This document shows, piece by piece, positions 39,145 through 51,109 of a stretch of DNA of 64,000 bases. The stretch's first letter is position 1; every line of letters begins with the position of its first letter. The position numbers were made by a program, and so were the translations under genes. Under the pieces are notes generated by a model, which saw only the letters and a list, made by a program, of their open reading frames with translations, was not told the origin of the DNA and made no database searches. Origin of the DNA: Prorocentrum cordatum (lineage: Eukaryota); assembly GCA_963575745.1 (NCBI GenBank), contig CAUYUJ010000279.1, positions 1-64,000 on the forward strand. The letters run 5' to 3'.

Positions 39145-39305
39145 TGAGTCGGGCCTGTCCCCCTACAGGGGGATCTCGGGCGTCAAACAAAACATGCCAA
39201 AAAAAATACCCCAAAATGCTCAAAAAAAGAGTCCAAGCATCGTCCCCAGACTATTTTTGGACTGCTTGTGAATGCTCCCCCAGTAGATGGACAGGCCCGA
39301 CGTCA
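39145..39305. mobile_element. MITE with TIR GTCGGGCCTGTCC and 8-9-bp TSD GGCTACGG(T/A) (Mutator- or hAT-like)
   Basis: TIRs at 39148-39160 and 39289-39301. Flanks at 39136-39144 and 39306-39314. Confidence 0.75.
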
Positions 39306-40595
39306 GGCTACGGACCAGCCGCCGCCTCGGAGTCTGCCGCCGCCGCCCCGGCTCCCGCCACGGCGGCGGCGCACGGCGGCTCTCGCGAGCCGCGGGCCGC
39401 CCTCTCGGAGGCTCCGCGCCAGCGCTTCCCTCGCCCTCGGCCTCGCCGCCTCGCCCGCGGTGCCCGGGCCGCCGCGCCGCGGGGCCGGGCGCCAACGCGC
39501 CGCAGGCCGCTCGAAGCCCCCCGACGGAGCCGCCGTGCAGCGCCGGCGGCGACGGCGGCCGCGGCGGCCCGGCAGGCCGCGGGCGTCGCCGCCTCCGCGC
39601 TGCTGGCCGCCCACCGGCTGGGCCGAGGCGCCAACGCGCCGCACAGATGGACCGACGACCGGGCCACGGGGCGTCCAGGAGGGCGGGGGCGCCCAGGAGA
39701 GAAGAACGAGAGAGAGGACAAATCATGTAAGAGGGACGGCAGAATGTAAGAGAACGACGGGTAGCTCTTTTTCTGTGGATGGAACGATGAAATGATCGCG
39801 CTAGGGATGAGGGACAGCCCAGGGTGTGAGATGGAACGATCGAGCGATCGTGGCCCAGGAAGGACAGCGCATAATGCAAAATGGCGAAGGATAACATAAT
39901 GCGTGGGGGACGATTAACAACACGAGTTCCGAATATTCGGTTTCCGCTTCGCTTCGGTTCCGTGTGGCCCGTCGGCCGGTCAGGCGCGCGCCCGAGGAGG
40001 TCGGGAGGGAACGATTAATAACTAGTTTCCTGGAGGCCCGTTTTTCTACCTATCATCCTGAGCGCCGCCGCGCGAACACGACCCATGGCAATTTCTTAAT
40101 CATCATCCTGCATTCGAGGGGCCAAGAACGCCTCTACTCCTCTGGCCTTGCGCCGGCTGTGAAAACACTGCGTCAACCTTCACTCCAGCGTTTGTGCTGT
40201 CCGCCTCGCGCTCTCGAAGTCCCAGCCCTATGCCAAGAAGGGGGCGCGCAAGTCATGGCCTGCGGCACGTGCGCGGCCCAGGGCGGGGGGCCGGGGACGC
40301 GTTGAAGTAAGAAGCGGCGCCGCGCAATCGGAGAAGACGCCATGGCCCCGGCCATGAGACCTTCTCCCTGATCATCACCCCGCTCGTGGCCGCCCCGAGC
40401 GTGGGCGGGCACCAACGCGTTCGGACAGCCGGCGGTCCGCGCCGTAACGAAGGGCACACAGATGCGACCAGGGGAGGAAGAGGGCAGCTGCGGAGGAGCC
40501 ACGCGGGAGGAGGCCTCAGGTGTAGAGAGAATATTCGCCAAGAGGAGTGCGCAGGCGGCCTCAGGCGCAGGAAACGGGCGCACTAGAAGGTGGTA

Positions 40596-40781
40596 CCCAG
40601 ACCCCCTCGCGCTGTGAAGAAATCGCGACGGGAAATCGTCCCTGCTTTCGGCATCCGGGGCCCTTCCCGGGCCCCGGGGCCGTCAAAAAACGACTCGGGA
40701 CGAAAAGCCGGTCTCGGGGAAGGGGTCCATACCACTGGGGGTCGACGCTGCGACGAAACAGCACGACGTCGGGGGCCTGGG
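40596..40781 (-). mobile_element. CCCAG-family MITE (186 bp)
   Basis: TA|CCCAG...CTGGG|TA, with the family core. Confidence 0.8.
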
Positions 40782-43700
40782 TAACTAGGAAGGCGGCGTG
40801 CCCGTCGACATGCTGGCCATGGGCAAGCACGCCCTCGCGCGCGTGGCCAAGGCTGCGCAGGCGCGCGGCAGGTGTGGCGCGAGATGGGCGCCAAAGCTGG
40901 CCTGGGCCATGTTGCTGGGGGTGGAGCTGTGCGCCTCGGCCTAGTAGAGCGAGAAGAACGGCAGGGCCATGAGCTCTCGGAGCTGCGTGCAGATTCCTTA
41001 GGTCGGCGCTGGAAGTCCATGCCTGGCGCGCGGAGCGCGCCTGCGGGGTAGCCGGAGGCGCCGCCAGGAGGGCTCCAGCGCCGATAGAAGGAATCCGCGC
41101 GGACCTCCGAAAGTTCATGGCCGCGCCACTTGTCCTTCCCCGGGGGCGGAGCTGTGCGCCTCGAGTCCGCAAGGGCCCCCCGCGGGCCAAGAGGGGCCCG
41201 AAGGCGACAGCTGTCTCGAGCAGCGCCCGCGGCGCCGCGATGGGTTCGCGGCGGCCCGTGGCCCTCCGCGCCCGCGCGGCGCCGCCGCTCTGTTTATCGG
41301 CGCGCTGCCCGCAAGGGCGCTCGGGCCCATGAAGGCCCCCGCGTTCGCGGCTGCGGAAGAAGAGCTCACCGAGCAAGACGAAGCCAGGACGAGGATAGCA
41401 TCGGGTGAGAATAGATCGAGAATCTCTGAGATCCGACGGCTCTGGAGGATTCGGGCGCCTCGGCCTTCTTACAGCGTTTCAGAACGCTCTGAGAGCGTTC
41501 CGGAACGGGTTGGCCCTCATCCTAGCCCGTCGGATTCTGCGCGCAGGTGGACGACGTTGGAGCTCACAACGTCCAGGTCGCGAAGGTACCGGCCCGCGCC
41601 TCCACGCGGATGGTCCGCGATAGGGTCGCCCCGGCCCGGCAGCGGCGCGGCGACCGGCGCGCCGACGCCGCGGCGAAGCTGGCGGTGGCCACGCACCCCA
41701 GCGCCGTGGAAATTCGGCCCGGGACGGAGGAGAACATTGCCGAGAGGGCGCGGGTGGCAGCCGGGTGGATCGGCACGCCGTGCCAGCTGGGATCCTCGAC
41801 GCCGCATGCGCCCGACGGCTGCGGCGCGCCTGGGGAGGGGCTGGCGCCCATCGGGTGCGCGGGGGCCTGGGTGCTGTAGTCTGGTCGTTGACGACGGCCA
41901 TGTCGCTGGGCTGCCCGGCGGCGGGCGCGTCGGCGACATCCACGGCGCGACTTTCGAGGTCGACGGCGGGGTGGTCTGGGCCTGCCGGCGTCGGGCGGCG
42001 TCGGGGCCTGGGCTGCCGCTGCATGGCGGCCGAGCGCTGGCTCGATCGTGGACGCCCAGAGGTAACGCGCCCACGCGTGGTAGTGATGGAGGTCCTACAG
42101 TGTGCAGTGCTGGTGCGACGTCGAAAGCAGCTGCCCCTTGCTCCTCCCCCCCATTGCGGGGCGGCGCGTGTCCTGGAAAATCCCACCCATGAGGATCGCG
42201 GAGGCGGATACCAGGACGGCCCGCAGGACGGCCCGCCGGGCGAGTCCAGCTTGACCTTCTTGTCCTCGAGCTTCTTGTCGTCGAGGCTCTTGTCCTCGGG
42301 TTTGCTGGTGTCCTCCATCGTCTTTTGCGCCGGCTCCGGCCACGTCGCCGAGGGCGCGGCCGCGAGGCCGCGCCAGCCCCGCCGAGGCGGAGAGCGTCGG
42401 GCCGCCAGGCCTGCGAGGGGGCCTCGGCCCCACGGAGGGCGGCGGGCGGCCGCCGGGGTGGCCCCAGCCGCGCAGTGCGTGCGAGCAGGGCGCGCCGAGG
42501 CCGAGGCTGTGCGGCCTCGCGCTCCGCCGCCCGAGGGCCGCGCAAGCAGCTGCTGAGGGGGCAGGCCCGCGATCGCAGGGCCTGGTGTCGAGGACTCCTC
42601 CTCCTCCTCCTCCTCCTCCTCCTCCTCCTCCTCCTCCTCCTCCTCCTCCTCCTCCTCCTCCTCCTCCTCAGTGAGCAGGTGAGCTCCCGCCCCTGGTGAG
42701 CTGGCGATGCTGCTTTGGCCAGTCACGGAGTTCGTTGCGAGTGCGGCCTGAAGGACAGCAGCGGTCGCCCTCGAGGGGGTCGTGGATCAGCGTCGTCACC
42801 ATCATCACCATCACTACCCCCATCTTCAGCACCGCCACCATCATCATCGTCACCAGCATCACCATCATAGCCATAATCATCACCATCACCATCAACATCA
42901 ACATCATCACCACCATCAACATCATTACCTATATCCTTACCGTCGGTGTGGTCATCAGCATCCAAACTATCATTCCTTCCACCATTATTCCTATGCCTTC
43001 TCCCCCATCTTCCCCTACGCCTACTCCCCCCACCTGATCCCTCATCCTTCTCCCTCTGCTGCTCTCTCTCCTCGGTTCTCTCTTTTCTACATTAGCAGGC
43101 CGCGAAAGATCGAATTGCCACCTGTACACCGTCCTTTGGCGCGCTATGTACATCTAATCAAGAAGGGGTTAACGGCAGGACCTCCTGGCCAGAGATACCC
43201 TCGCCACTACCACCAGGCCAATAATCGGTGCCGTCACCGACGTCCTTCTCACCCTCCTCCGCCTATTCCTTCTCGTCTTTCGTCGGTCTCCTCCTCGTCC
43301 TCGTCCTCCTCCTCCCCCCTGGTTCCTCGTGGGGGAGAAAGACGGGGATCGACTACGAGGACGAGGAAGGACCAGGAGGCGGGGCAAGGCGACACAACGA
43401 CAAGGAAGAGGAGAGAAACAGGAGTAGTGAAGGGACGAGGCGGGGGACGGGGCGGCAGGAGGGGAGCGCGGCAGAGGAGGAGGAAGAGGAGGAGGAAGAG
43501 GAGGAGGATGAGCGTAAGTACCAGTGAGTTCGACGCGTCATGGTTCCCAACACCGTGATGCATTCGGCCACATGTAGTCGGCGGCGAGCCCGGGGGGAAT
43601 GAGAAGGAGAAGGCCTTCTCAGCAGAGTTGGAAGTCCCCGTTCCTCTGAGAAGTGCTCGAAGCCTTCCCCGAAGACACAGAAAACTTCTCAGAAGGCGCG

Positions 43701-44561
43701 AGGGCTTCCGAGAAGCCCCGCCGCCTTCTGAGAAGGCTTCCTCCTTCCCACTCCCCCCCCTCGCTCGCAGCCGATGTATGGCCGTGCCGCATGCGGCGGA
43801 GGAAAGAGCACTGAGCAGTCGTTTGACATTCTAGCCTCGGCGACTTTCACCACTCCATCGGCTGTACAGCAGTACATGCAGAAGCTATATGTGGTGGCCG
43901 AGATCACGCTTGTTCGCGCGAGGCCGGAGGCAAAGTAGTGGGCGGGGGGGGGCGATGCGGAAACGAATGATGGGGCACGACGGGACAACGGCTCGAGAAC
44001 GACAGACGAGGTGACCAAGCCGGGGGGACGCTTTGCACAGTGGATGGTGTAGTCGGGGCGGGCACACCGGAAGATACACAGAAGCGAACACACCAGAGGC
44101 TCTCGAATCACGACCGCAGGCGACGCCCACGTGCATTGTCAGAGGCGGCTGCAGGAGAGGGCTCGCCCAAAGATGCCCTGCGCCTTCGGCTTGCGGCTGA
44201 GGAGCGTGACGTCCCGTGGGCCGTGGGGCGCCGTGGGCGGGGCGGGGCTGGGATGCCGAAGGCGAGACTTGCGACAAGGGCACGGCAGGCGCAAGCCGCC
44301 TAGAGCACTGCGCAGCCGACTGCCTCCGCGACCAGAAGGGCGCACGCCATGAGCCAGCACTCGAATCCGAAAGCCCGCACTGCCGCTGCGAGGTGGCCCC
44401 GCGGCTTCCCGATACAGGGGTCCTTGATGCACAACGCCATATCGTACGTCATGGTTGTGGCCAGACGAGAGGAGGAGGAGGAGGAGGAGGAGGAACAAGG
44501 AAGAGGAGGAAGAGGAGAAAGAGGAGGAGAAGGAAGATGAGTGAGAAGGAGGAGGAGGAGG

Positions 44562-45360
44562 ACCAGTGTAAACCCAAGAGCCATCAACGATGTTGGAATA
44601 AACCTTCCTTCCAAGCTCCCTCTGCACATGCCCCTACAAGTGTTCATTTCTACTGAGGGAACTGCCCAGCTGGAAGACAACCGTTTGAATACGCTGGAGC
44701 ATACCAAAACATTGTTTTCGGAACTCCAACGCCACGGATCAACCTGACTGTCGCGTCTTGACGATCCTCAATCGTGCCAGAACGCCATTCCAGCCACTTC
44801 AACACCGCAAAGCAATATAACTGTTGCGCCCTCATAACCCTAAATCCTTCCGGAACAAGATTTCTGGTACGCTGATCATAGGAATCCGTGACACCCTTTG
44901 CAACATTTAGAAACGAATGTGCGCGGCGCTAAAGCGAGAACCACATGTTGACAAAGAGCCGCCCTCAGTCCGTGAAACCATTGCAACTCTTACGACGAAT
45001 GCACGCGGCGCTAAGGCGAGAACCACATGTTGAAGAAAACGGTCCGACCTTCATCCGTGTAGCTATTGCAGTTCTTTAGACGAATGCACGCGGCGCTGAA
45101 GCAAAACACAGCTTTTGAAAACCAGCCGCCCTTCATCTGTAAAGCTCTTGCAAATGTTTTTTTACAATAAAAACGAATGCGCGCGGCGCCAAGGCGAGAG
45201 CCACAGTTTGAAAACCGCCCGCCCTCCGTCGGTGAAGCTGTTGCCAGTCTGAAACTTCAGGGTCACAAGCGGTGAGAACATCTCGAGCGAAACGCCCGGC
45301 CCGCCCAAAAAACTAGCATCGGGGTGCGACAGGGAAAAGTTATCTACAAGGAAAAGGAAT
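44562..45360 (-). mobile_element. Copy of the (CCT)n-associated dispersed element
   Basis: Reverse-strand homologue of 21121-21899, flanked by (GAG)n on both sides. Confidence 0.8.
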
Positions 45361-45824
45361 GCAAGAGGAGATGGGGGAGGAGGAGGAGGAGGAGGAGGAG
45401 GAGGAAGAGGAGGAGGAAAGGGTGGAGGAGGAGAGGAGGGAGGAGGATGCGGAGGAAAAGGAGGCGAGCAGGACGCGGAGGCGAGAGGGAGAGGAGGAGG
45501 GCAGGATAACGACGGGGAGGAAAAAAAGGAGGGGAGCAGGAGGAGAGGCGGAGGGAGGAGGATGAGGAGGAGGAGGAGGAGGAGGACGAAGAGGAGGAGG
45601 AGGAGGAGGGGGAGGAGGAGGACGAGGATGAGGAGGGGAGGAGGCAAGAGGGAGAGGAGGAGGGGATGAGGACGACGGGGAAGCGACGGAGGAGGTGGAG
45701 GAGGAGGGGAACCGGTGGCGCAGCAGCAGTCGAGCCGATAGCTGCGGCCGTTGGTGGGCAGAGATGCCGACCCCCCAGCTCGAACGACGCAGGGCCCCAG
45801 ACGGGTACTGCAGAGCATAAGATA

Positions 45825-46000
45825 CACTCGGGGCCTTGACCTAAGGAACCCTAAGTCAGGAACGAGGCCCCTTTTTCTCCATAAGTTAACCTTCGATCTC
45901 CCATCGAAAACATAAGGAAAGCCTGAGGCAAGCTGTGAAACACTTAAGGAACGCGGAGCCCCTCCCCAACGAAAGGGTTCTTTCTTCAGGGCCCCGACTG
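45825..46000. mobile_element. Tc1/mariner-type MITE, 176 bp, TA TSD
   Basis: TA|CACTCGGGGCC ... GGCCCCGACTG|TA. Confidence 0.88.
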
Positions 46001-46416
46001 TATGGAGCCTGACCACAGGCGGGGAATCAAGGAAGCGTGTCGACGCGCCCAGCGTCGGCGGCCCCGCGGCCCCGCACGCGACGACGAGGGCCCAAGACGG
46101 GGCACCGACAGGAGCGCGCCCCTTCCGCAACCCCACGGGGCTACGGACGGTGCACGCCCCACCCCCGCGGGGACGCCCCACCCCCGCGGGGCCGACGGCA
46201 AGCCAGGGCCCCAAAGGGGCCCAGGCGGGCCACGCAGCATTCCGAGGCGAACCCGGCAGCCAGGAACGTGCACCACGGGACCCGGAACGGCTTGTTCCGG
46301 GCCGCGTGAGCAATGTTCCGCAACCCATGGATGCCATAGGCGAGCAGCGTGGCTCGCCCCGCCTCACTACGGGGTCCAATCCAGCTGTTGCAGATGATGT
46401 TTATGCACTCGCGCCT

Positions 46417-46990
46417 CTCGTCCACATCGGGGTCGGACGCAGCACCAGCCTGCACCATGGCCACATTGGCCGAATTGTCGGCGCAGCCAGGGGTCTGGGG
46501 CACATGGTTCGGCACAGGGTCGACGATGCCTTCCAACTCCTTCAGCTTGCTCTGCGCCTTCCGTACCTTGTCAAAAATGGAGTTGGCGATGCCCTCCAGC
46601 TCCTTGTGCTTGCCCGCGAGTGCGACCACGTCAGCGGCCACGGGCAAGCGAATCCAATGCAGGGTGTCTTGCACCGCCTTCCAAGTGGTGTTCAAGTCGC
46701 TAGACTCAAACGTGTCCTGCAGCGTCAGGTCCTGCAGGGTATTGCGCATGTTGTAGCAGTAACTCTCCACTGCCTTCATCAAGATGGGGTTGACGATGCC
46801 TACAAGCTCGCGTCGCTTGCTCTGGCACTCCCCATCGTCGGAGAGATTGGGCTGGTCCATTCAGCAGAGGGTGTCCTGCACAGCCTTCTCGATATTCTCC
46901 TTGTCGCCGTTCTCGAACTGGTCCGTCATTTTCTCCGGTGTAGGGTGTGGCGGATGGCGAAGCAGCAGTGTACGAGGCCATACATCTTGT
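46417..46990 (-). pseudogene. HSP70: HSP70 C-terminal lid domain, tandemly repeated, with a frameshift and a stop codon
   Basis: GLVHCCFAIRHTL/EKMTDQFENGDKENIEKAVQDTLC*MD...RELVGIVNPILMK, then ESYCYNMRNTLQD...KAVQDTLHW...KELEGIANSI...KELEGIVDP...DPDVDE. Resembles the cytosolic HSP70 C-terminus. Confidence 0.8.
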
Positions 46991-47169
46991 CAGGCCTTGC
47001 CTCTTGGCCACCAGCCGAGGCGGCCTACTCGCCCGCCTTGGACTCGTCTGCAATCGAATCGGCTGGCGAAGCACGGCAAATATCGCCTTTCAACTTCAAC
47101 TAAGGCTTCTCAATGTTCGCGTCCGCGACCTCCTCGAAAGCAGCGCGAATGTCGTTCACGAGGGCTGTC

Positions 47170-47529
47170 TCAGGATGGGCTTCCGAGTTGCGGGCCTTGC
47201 TCAGCCTCCCCATCTTGCTGGCCAGAGCCTTGCCACGAGGTCCGAGCTCGCTCTTGGCCTTGGTAATGGTAGGCTCCCCCGCGAGACCCGCCTCCGAGCC
47301 AATCGTGCGTAAGACGTTCTCGAGGTCCACGAGAAACCTGCGTCGGAGCCGCATTGGGAACAGCACCATCTGCACATTGAGCGGCACCTTGGGCAACTCC
47401 ACGTGCCGCAGCAGCAACCGCTGTCGCCACCGCTTTGGCGCCCCCTGCGTCCACCAGCGCCGCCAAGGCAGCGCCAAGCGCCGCCTGCGCCACTGGCAAC
47501 TCAGGCAGACGAGCGAGGATGGCCTCCAT
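47170..47529 (-). pseudogene. Ala-rich N-terminal ORF of the SL-headed retrocopy, unknown function
   Basis: First ATG lies ~68 nt downstream of the relic SL (MEAILARLPELPVAQAALGAALAALV...). Confidence 0.4.
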
Positions 47530-47597
47530 CCTGGGCCCGCCTGCGATACAAAATGAGTATCAGAAAGCCGTATGTCCGAGCGTCCCGGGGGAAAGCC

Positions 47598-47619
47598 CTG
47601 AGCCAAAAATGGCTACGGA
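47598..47619 (-). other. Relic dinoflagellate spliced leader (TCCGTAGCCATTTTTGGCTCAG)
   Basis: Two single-base differences from DinoSL. Abuts (CCT)n upstream. Confidence 0.9.
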
Positions 47620-47774
47620 TGGAGGAGGAGGAGGAGGAGGAGGAGGAGGAGGAGGAGGAGAAGGAGGAGGAGGAGGAGGAGGAGGGGAAGGAGGAGGAGA
47701 AGGCATGAGTGTGAGGGACAGAGCAGATCGAGGGGAAGGAGGAAGAGGAGGAATATTAGAAGATGGAGGATGAA

Positions 47775-48262
47775 GACCAGTGTACACTCAAGGCGCATCC
47801 ACGATGTTACAATGAACCCTGCCTCCAACTTTACTCTTCATAAGCTTCTGCAAGAATGTCTCTGAACTGAGGGAAATGTCCCGGTGAAAGACAATCGTGT
47901 GAGAATCTACGCCATTCCTGGGATTTGACGTCCTGGCAATACTGAGCCGTACCAGAATACCTTTGCTGGGACTCGCATACCGCGAACCAGCGTGAATGCT
48001 GCGCCCTGGCGATCCTAGATCATGCCAGAACGCCACCCCTAGGACATCAACCCTGGGAAATCTTGAAACCGCTGGAGAGCCGCATTATAAAAAGGAACCG
48101 TTTTCCATCCTTGAATCTGTCGCAATCGTTGAAGACAAAGGTGCACGGAGCTAAGAAGAGATCCACATTTTGAAGCCAAGAAAACTGTTGCAAATTTCGG
48201 GCGGTCTCCCGTGAAACGCCCAGCCCGCCCTGCAGACATGCTCGGGGGCGCGACAGGGAGGC
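47775..48262 (-). mobile_element. Copy of the (CCT)n-associated dispersed element, internally shorter
   Basis: GACCAGTGTA...ACGATGTT...GATCCT..ATCATGCCAGAACGCC is homologous to the 44562 copy. Confidence 0.7.
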
Positions 48263-48382
48263 GGAGGAGGGCAACGAGGAGTAGGAGTAGGAGGAGGAAC
48301 AGTCGGGGAGACGTGAGACTCGGGTACAGGGGACGCGGGCTGGCATAACAAGAGCATTATGAAAAGGATGATACCCTGTCTG

Positions 48383-49066
48383 AAATCCCACCAGCCCTGT
48401 GGGCGTCTGTGGTTTAGAGCGTTTCCTCTTCCACCCCTCCTTCTTCCCCTTCGGGGAAGGGTTTACCCCTCCCCCTACCCCCTCCCCTGGACCTGGACGG
48501 GGGGTTCCGCGAGTCGTCGGAGCGTCCAAAACGGCCTCGGCGAGGAAGCCAAAATAATTGGTTGTACTAGGGTTTTGGCCCCATTTGGGCCTTCTGAGGG
48601 GGACGCTGTAATTAGTCCCCCTCCCTCCTGTGATCGATCTCGCCCAAGGTGGCCCAAAGATGGCCCCAAGGCTCCAAAGGGGGCCCCAAGAGGGCCCCAA
48701 GAGGTGGCCACGAAGCCCCAAGAGGCCCCCAGGATGCCCCCAAGAGGCTCCCAAGAGACCCCCAAGAGACCCCAAGAGACCCCCCAGAGGCACCCAAGAT
48801 GTTCCAAGAGGCATCGGCGAGAATACCAAATCATTGACTTTACGATGGTTTTAGCCACATGTTGGCCTCTTGGGGGGGGGGGCACTGATTAAGATGACTC
48901 CGAGAGCGCCTGGGAGAGCCCAAGATGACCTCCAAGATGGCTCCAGATATCCCAAGATGTCTCATAATGGTTTCCTCTGTGTGCTGCCCACTTCCCTGAT
49001 CGAGGCAATTCCTCTGGGTATCGTTTCTGGATGGGCTGGTGGGGATGCGCGAAGCGTCAAAAATTT
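48383..49066 (+). mobile_element. Helentron/HINE-like element with internal ~11-bp (CCCCAAGAGG) repeats
   Basis: Asymmetric inverted repeat CCCACCAGCCC (48387-48397, within a terminal hairpin)/GGGCTGGTGGG (49033-49043), followed by a small hairpin GCGCGAAGCGT. Confidence 0.6.
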
Positions 49067-49698
49067 GACGCGAGCCCCCCGCTGCAAGCATCCCACGAAA
49101 ACTGCGCCGTCAAAATCCAGGACGCGCTCGTCAGACCCGAGTCCCGGCGCAATTACTCGAGTCTTGACGCTTCCCCGAAACCAGCAGCAGCAGCAGCAGC
49201 AACAGCAGAAGCAGCAGCAGCAGCAGCAGCACGAGCAGCAGCAGGAAAGATGACACTGGCCTGGCAGTGCCCGCGAGGGTGTCCCCCCCGGACGCGGCCG
49301 AGCTCGCGCCGGCGCCGGCTGCCGCCGCCCTGGTGGCGCGCGGCGCGGCCTTCTTCCGGGCGGGCGGTGGATTACAAAACCATTCTCGCGCCCACGCGGC
49401 ATCCCTATCGACGGGGCTCCTCCTCGGCGGCGAGCGACCGGCCGTCGCTCGGACGTCCGCTCCCCTTGCACGTTTCGGTCTCGTGCGCGTGTTTACTTCG
49501 CTCGATGATGCAGGATGCTCCTCGATGGTGATCGCCGAAGAGATGCGCGCGTCCGAGCGATGCCAAGGCGAGGGGGGGGGGAAGTGCGAAGGAAAAGACC
49601 TTCTCATATCAGGTTCGGAAGTCCCTCGGCCCTCCGAGAGGTGTTCTATGAGCCCTCCCCGAAGACAGGGAAGACCTCTCAGGGGCCTTCCGAGAAGC

Positions 49699-50610
49699 TT
49701 GGGCGCCCGAGTTATCCGGGGTAACTCGGGTCCGGGGTAACTCGGGTTCGGAATCACGAAACAGGAACCCGAGTTAGCCCTGACCCGAGTTGCCCCTGAG
49801 GATTCGGGGCTCTGGACGCCCGAGTTAATATGGGGTAACTCGGGTCCGGGGTAACTCGGGTTCGGAGTCCCGAACAAGGAACCCGAGTTAGCCCTGACCC
49901 GAGTTACCCCTGATGATTCGGGGCTCTGGACGCCCGAATTATATCTGGGGTAGCTCGGGTCCGGGGTAACTCGGGCTCGGAATCACGAAACAGGAACCCG
50001 AGTTAGCCCTGACCCGAGTTACCCCTGATGATTCGGGGCTCTGGACGCCCGAATTATCTGGGGTAACTCGGGTCCGGGGTAACTCGGGTTCGGAATCCCG
50101 AAAAAGGCACCCGAGTTAGCCCTGACCCGAGTTACCCCTGATGATTCGGGGCTCTGGACGCCCGCATTATCGGGGGTAACTCGGGTCCGGGGGAACTCGG
50201 GCTCGGAATCCCGAAAAAGGAACCCGAGTTAGCCCTGACCCGAGTTGCCCCTGATGATTCGGGGCTCTGGACGCCCGAATTATCTGGGGTAACTCGGGTC
50301 CGGGGTAACTCGGGCTCGGAATCCCGAAAAAGGAACCCGAGTTAGCCCTGACCCGAGTTACCCCTGAGGATTCGGGGCTCTGAGAAGCCCGCATTATCTG
50401 GGGTAACTCGGGTCCGAGGTAACTCGGGCTCGGAATCCCGAAAAAGGAACCCGAGTTAGCCCTGACCCGAGTTGCCCCTGATGATTCGGGGCTCTGGAAG
50501 CCCGAATTATCTGGGGTAACTCGGGTCCGGGGTAACTCGGGCTCGGAATCCCGAACAAGGAACCCGAGTTAGCCCTGACCCGAGTTACCCCTGATGATTC
50601 GGGGCTCTGA
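49699..50610 (+). repeat. Tandem array of 8 x ~114-bp palindromic MITE units bounded by one 5-bp TSD GAAGC
   Basis: GAAGC at 49694-49698 and 50611-50615. Monomer at 19232-19349. Confidence 0.9.
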
Positions 50611-51078
50611 GAAGCCCTGCCGCAGGCGCGCCGCCGAGCGAGGAGGGCCTGGTCTTCGGGTCGCAGCTCGGATCTCCAGCGGCCGTCCGCGACGATCCGG
50701 CAACACCTCCGGAAGGAAGCGCGCAGCTGCCGGCAAGCGTCCCGAGGCCGGAGAACCGCCGAGAACCGACGAGCACGTCCGAAAACCTCGAACCTCGACC
50801 CCCCGAAGCTTCCCCTCTCTCGCTCGCCGCCGATCTGCACCTGCACCGCCCCTAGGCCCTAGCCAGCTAGTCGGCCTGCACGATCGAGGCGCCGCACTGC
50901 CTCCGCCAGCGTGGCGCCCGCGCGCGCGCCGATCCTCCCCCCCCTAGACCCTAGACCCACGACGTCATGATTTCTGTTCGTAGCGTCGACCCACCGGGCC
51001 TCGGCCACCTTTCTGCACGGGAAGTGGGGGAAGAGGTGGGAGAGATCCTCCTCCTCCTCCTCCTCCTCCTCCTCCTCC

Positions 51079-51109
<31 letters not shown>

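Noticed and set aside
49699..50610. Hammerhead ribozyme suggested by CTGATGA in most units
   Set aside because: The stem that follows is closed by GAAT/GAGT/GCAT rather than GAAA, and the motif sits inside a long hairpin. An Infernal scan would settle it.
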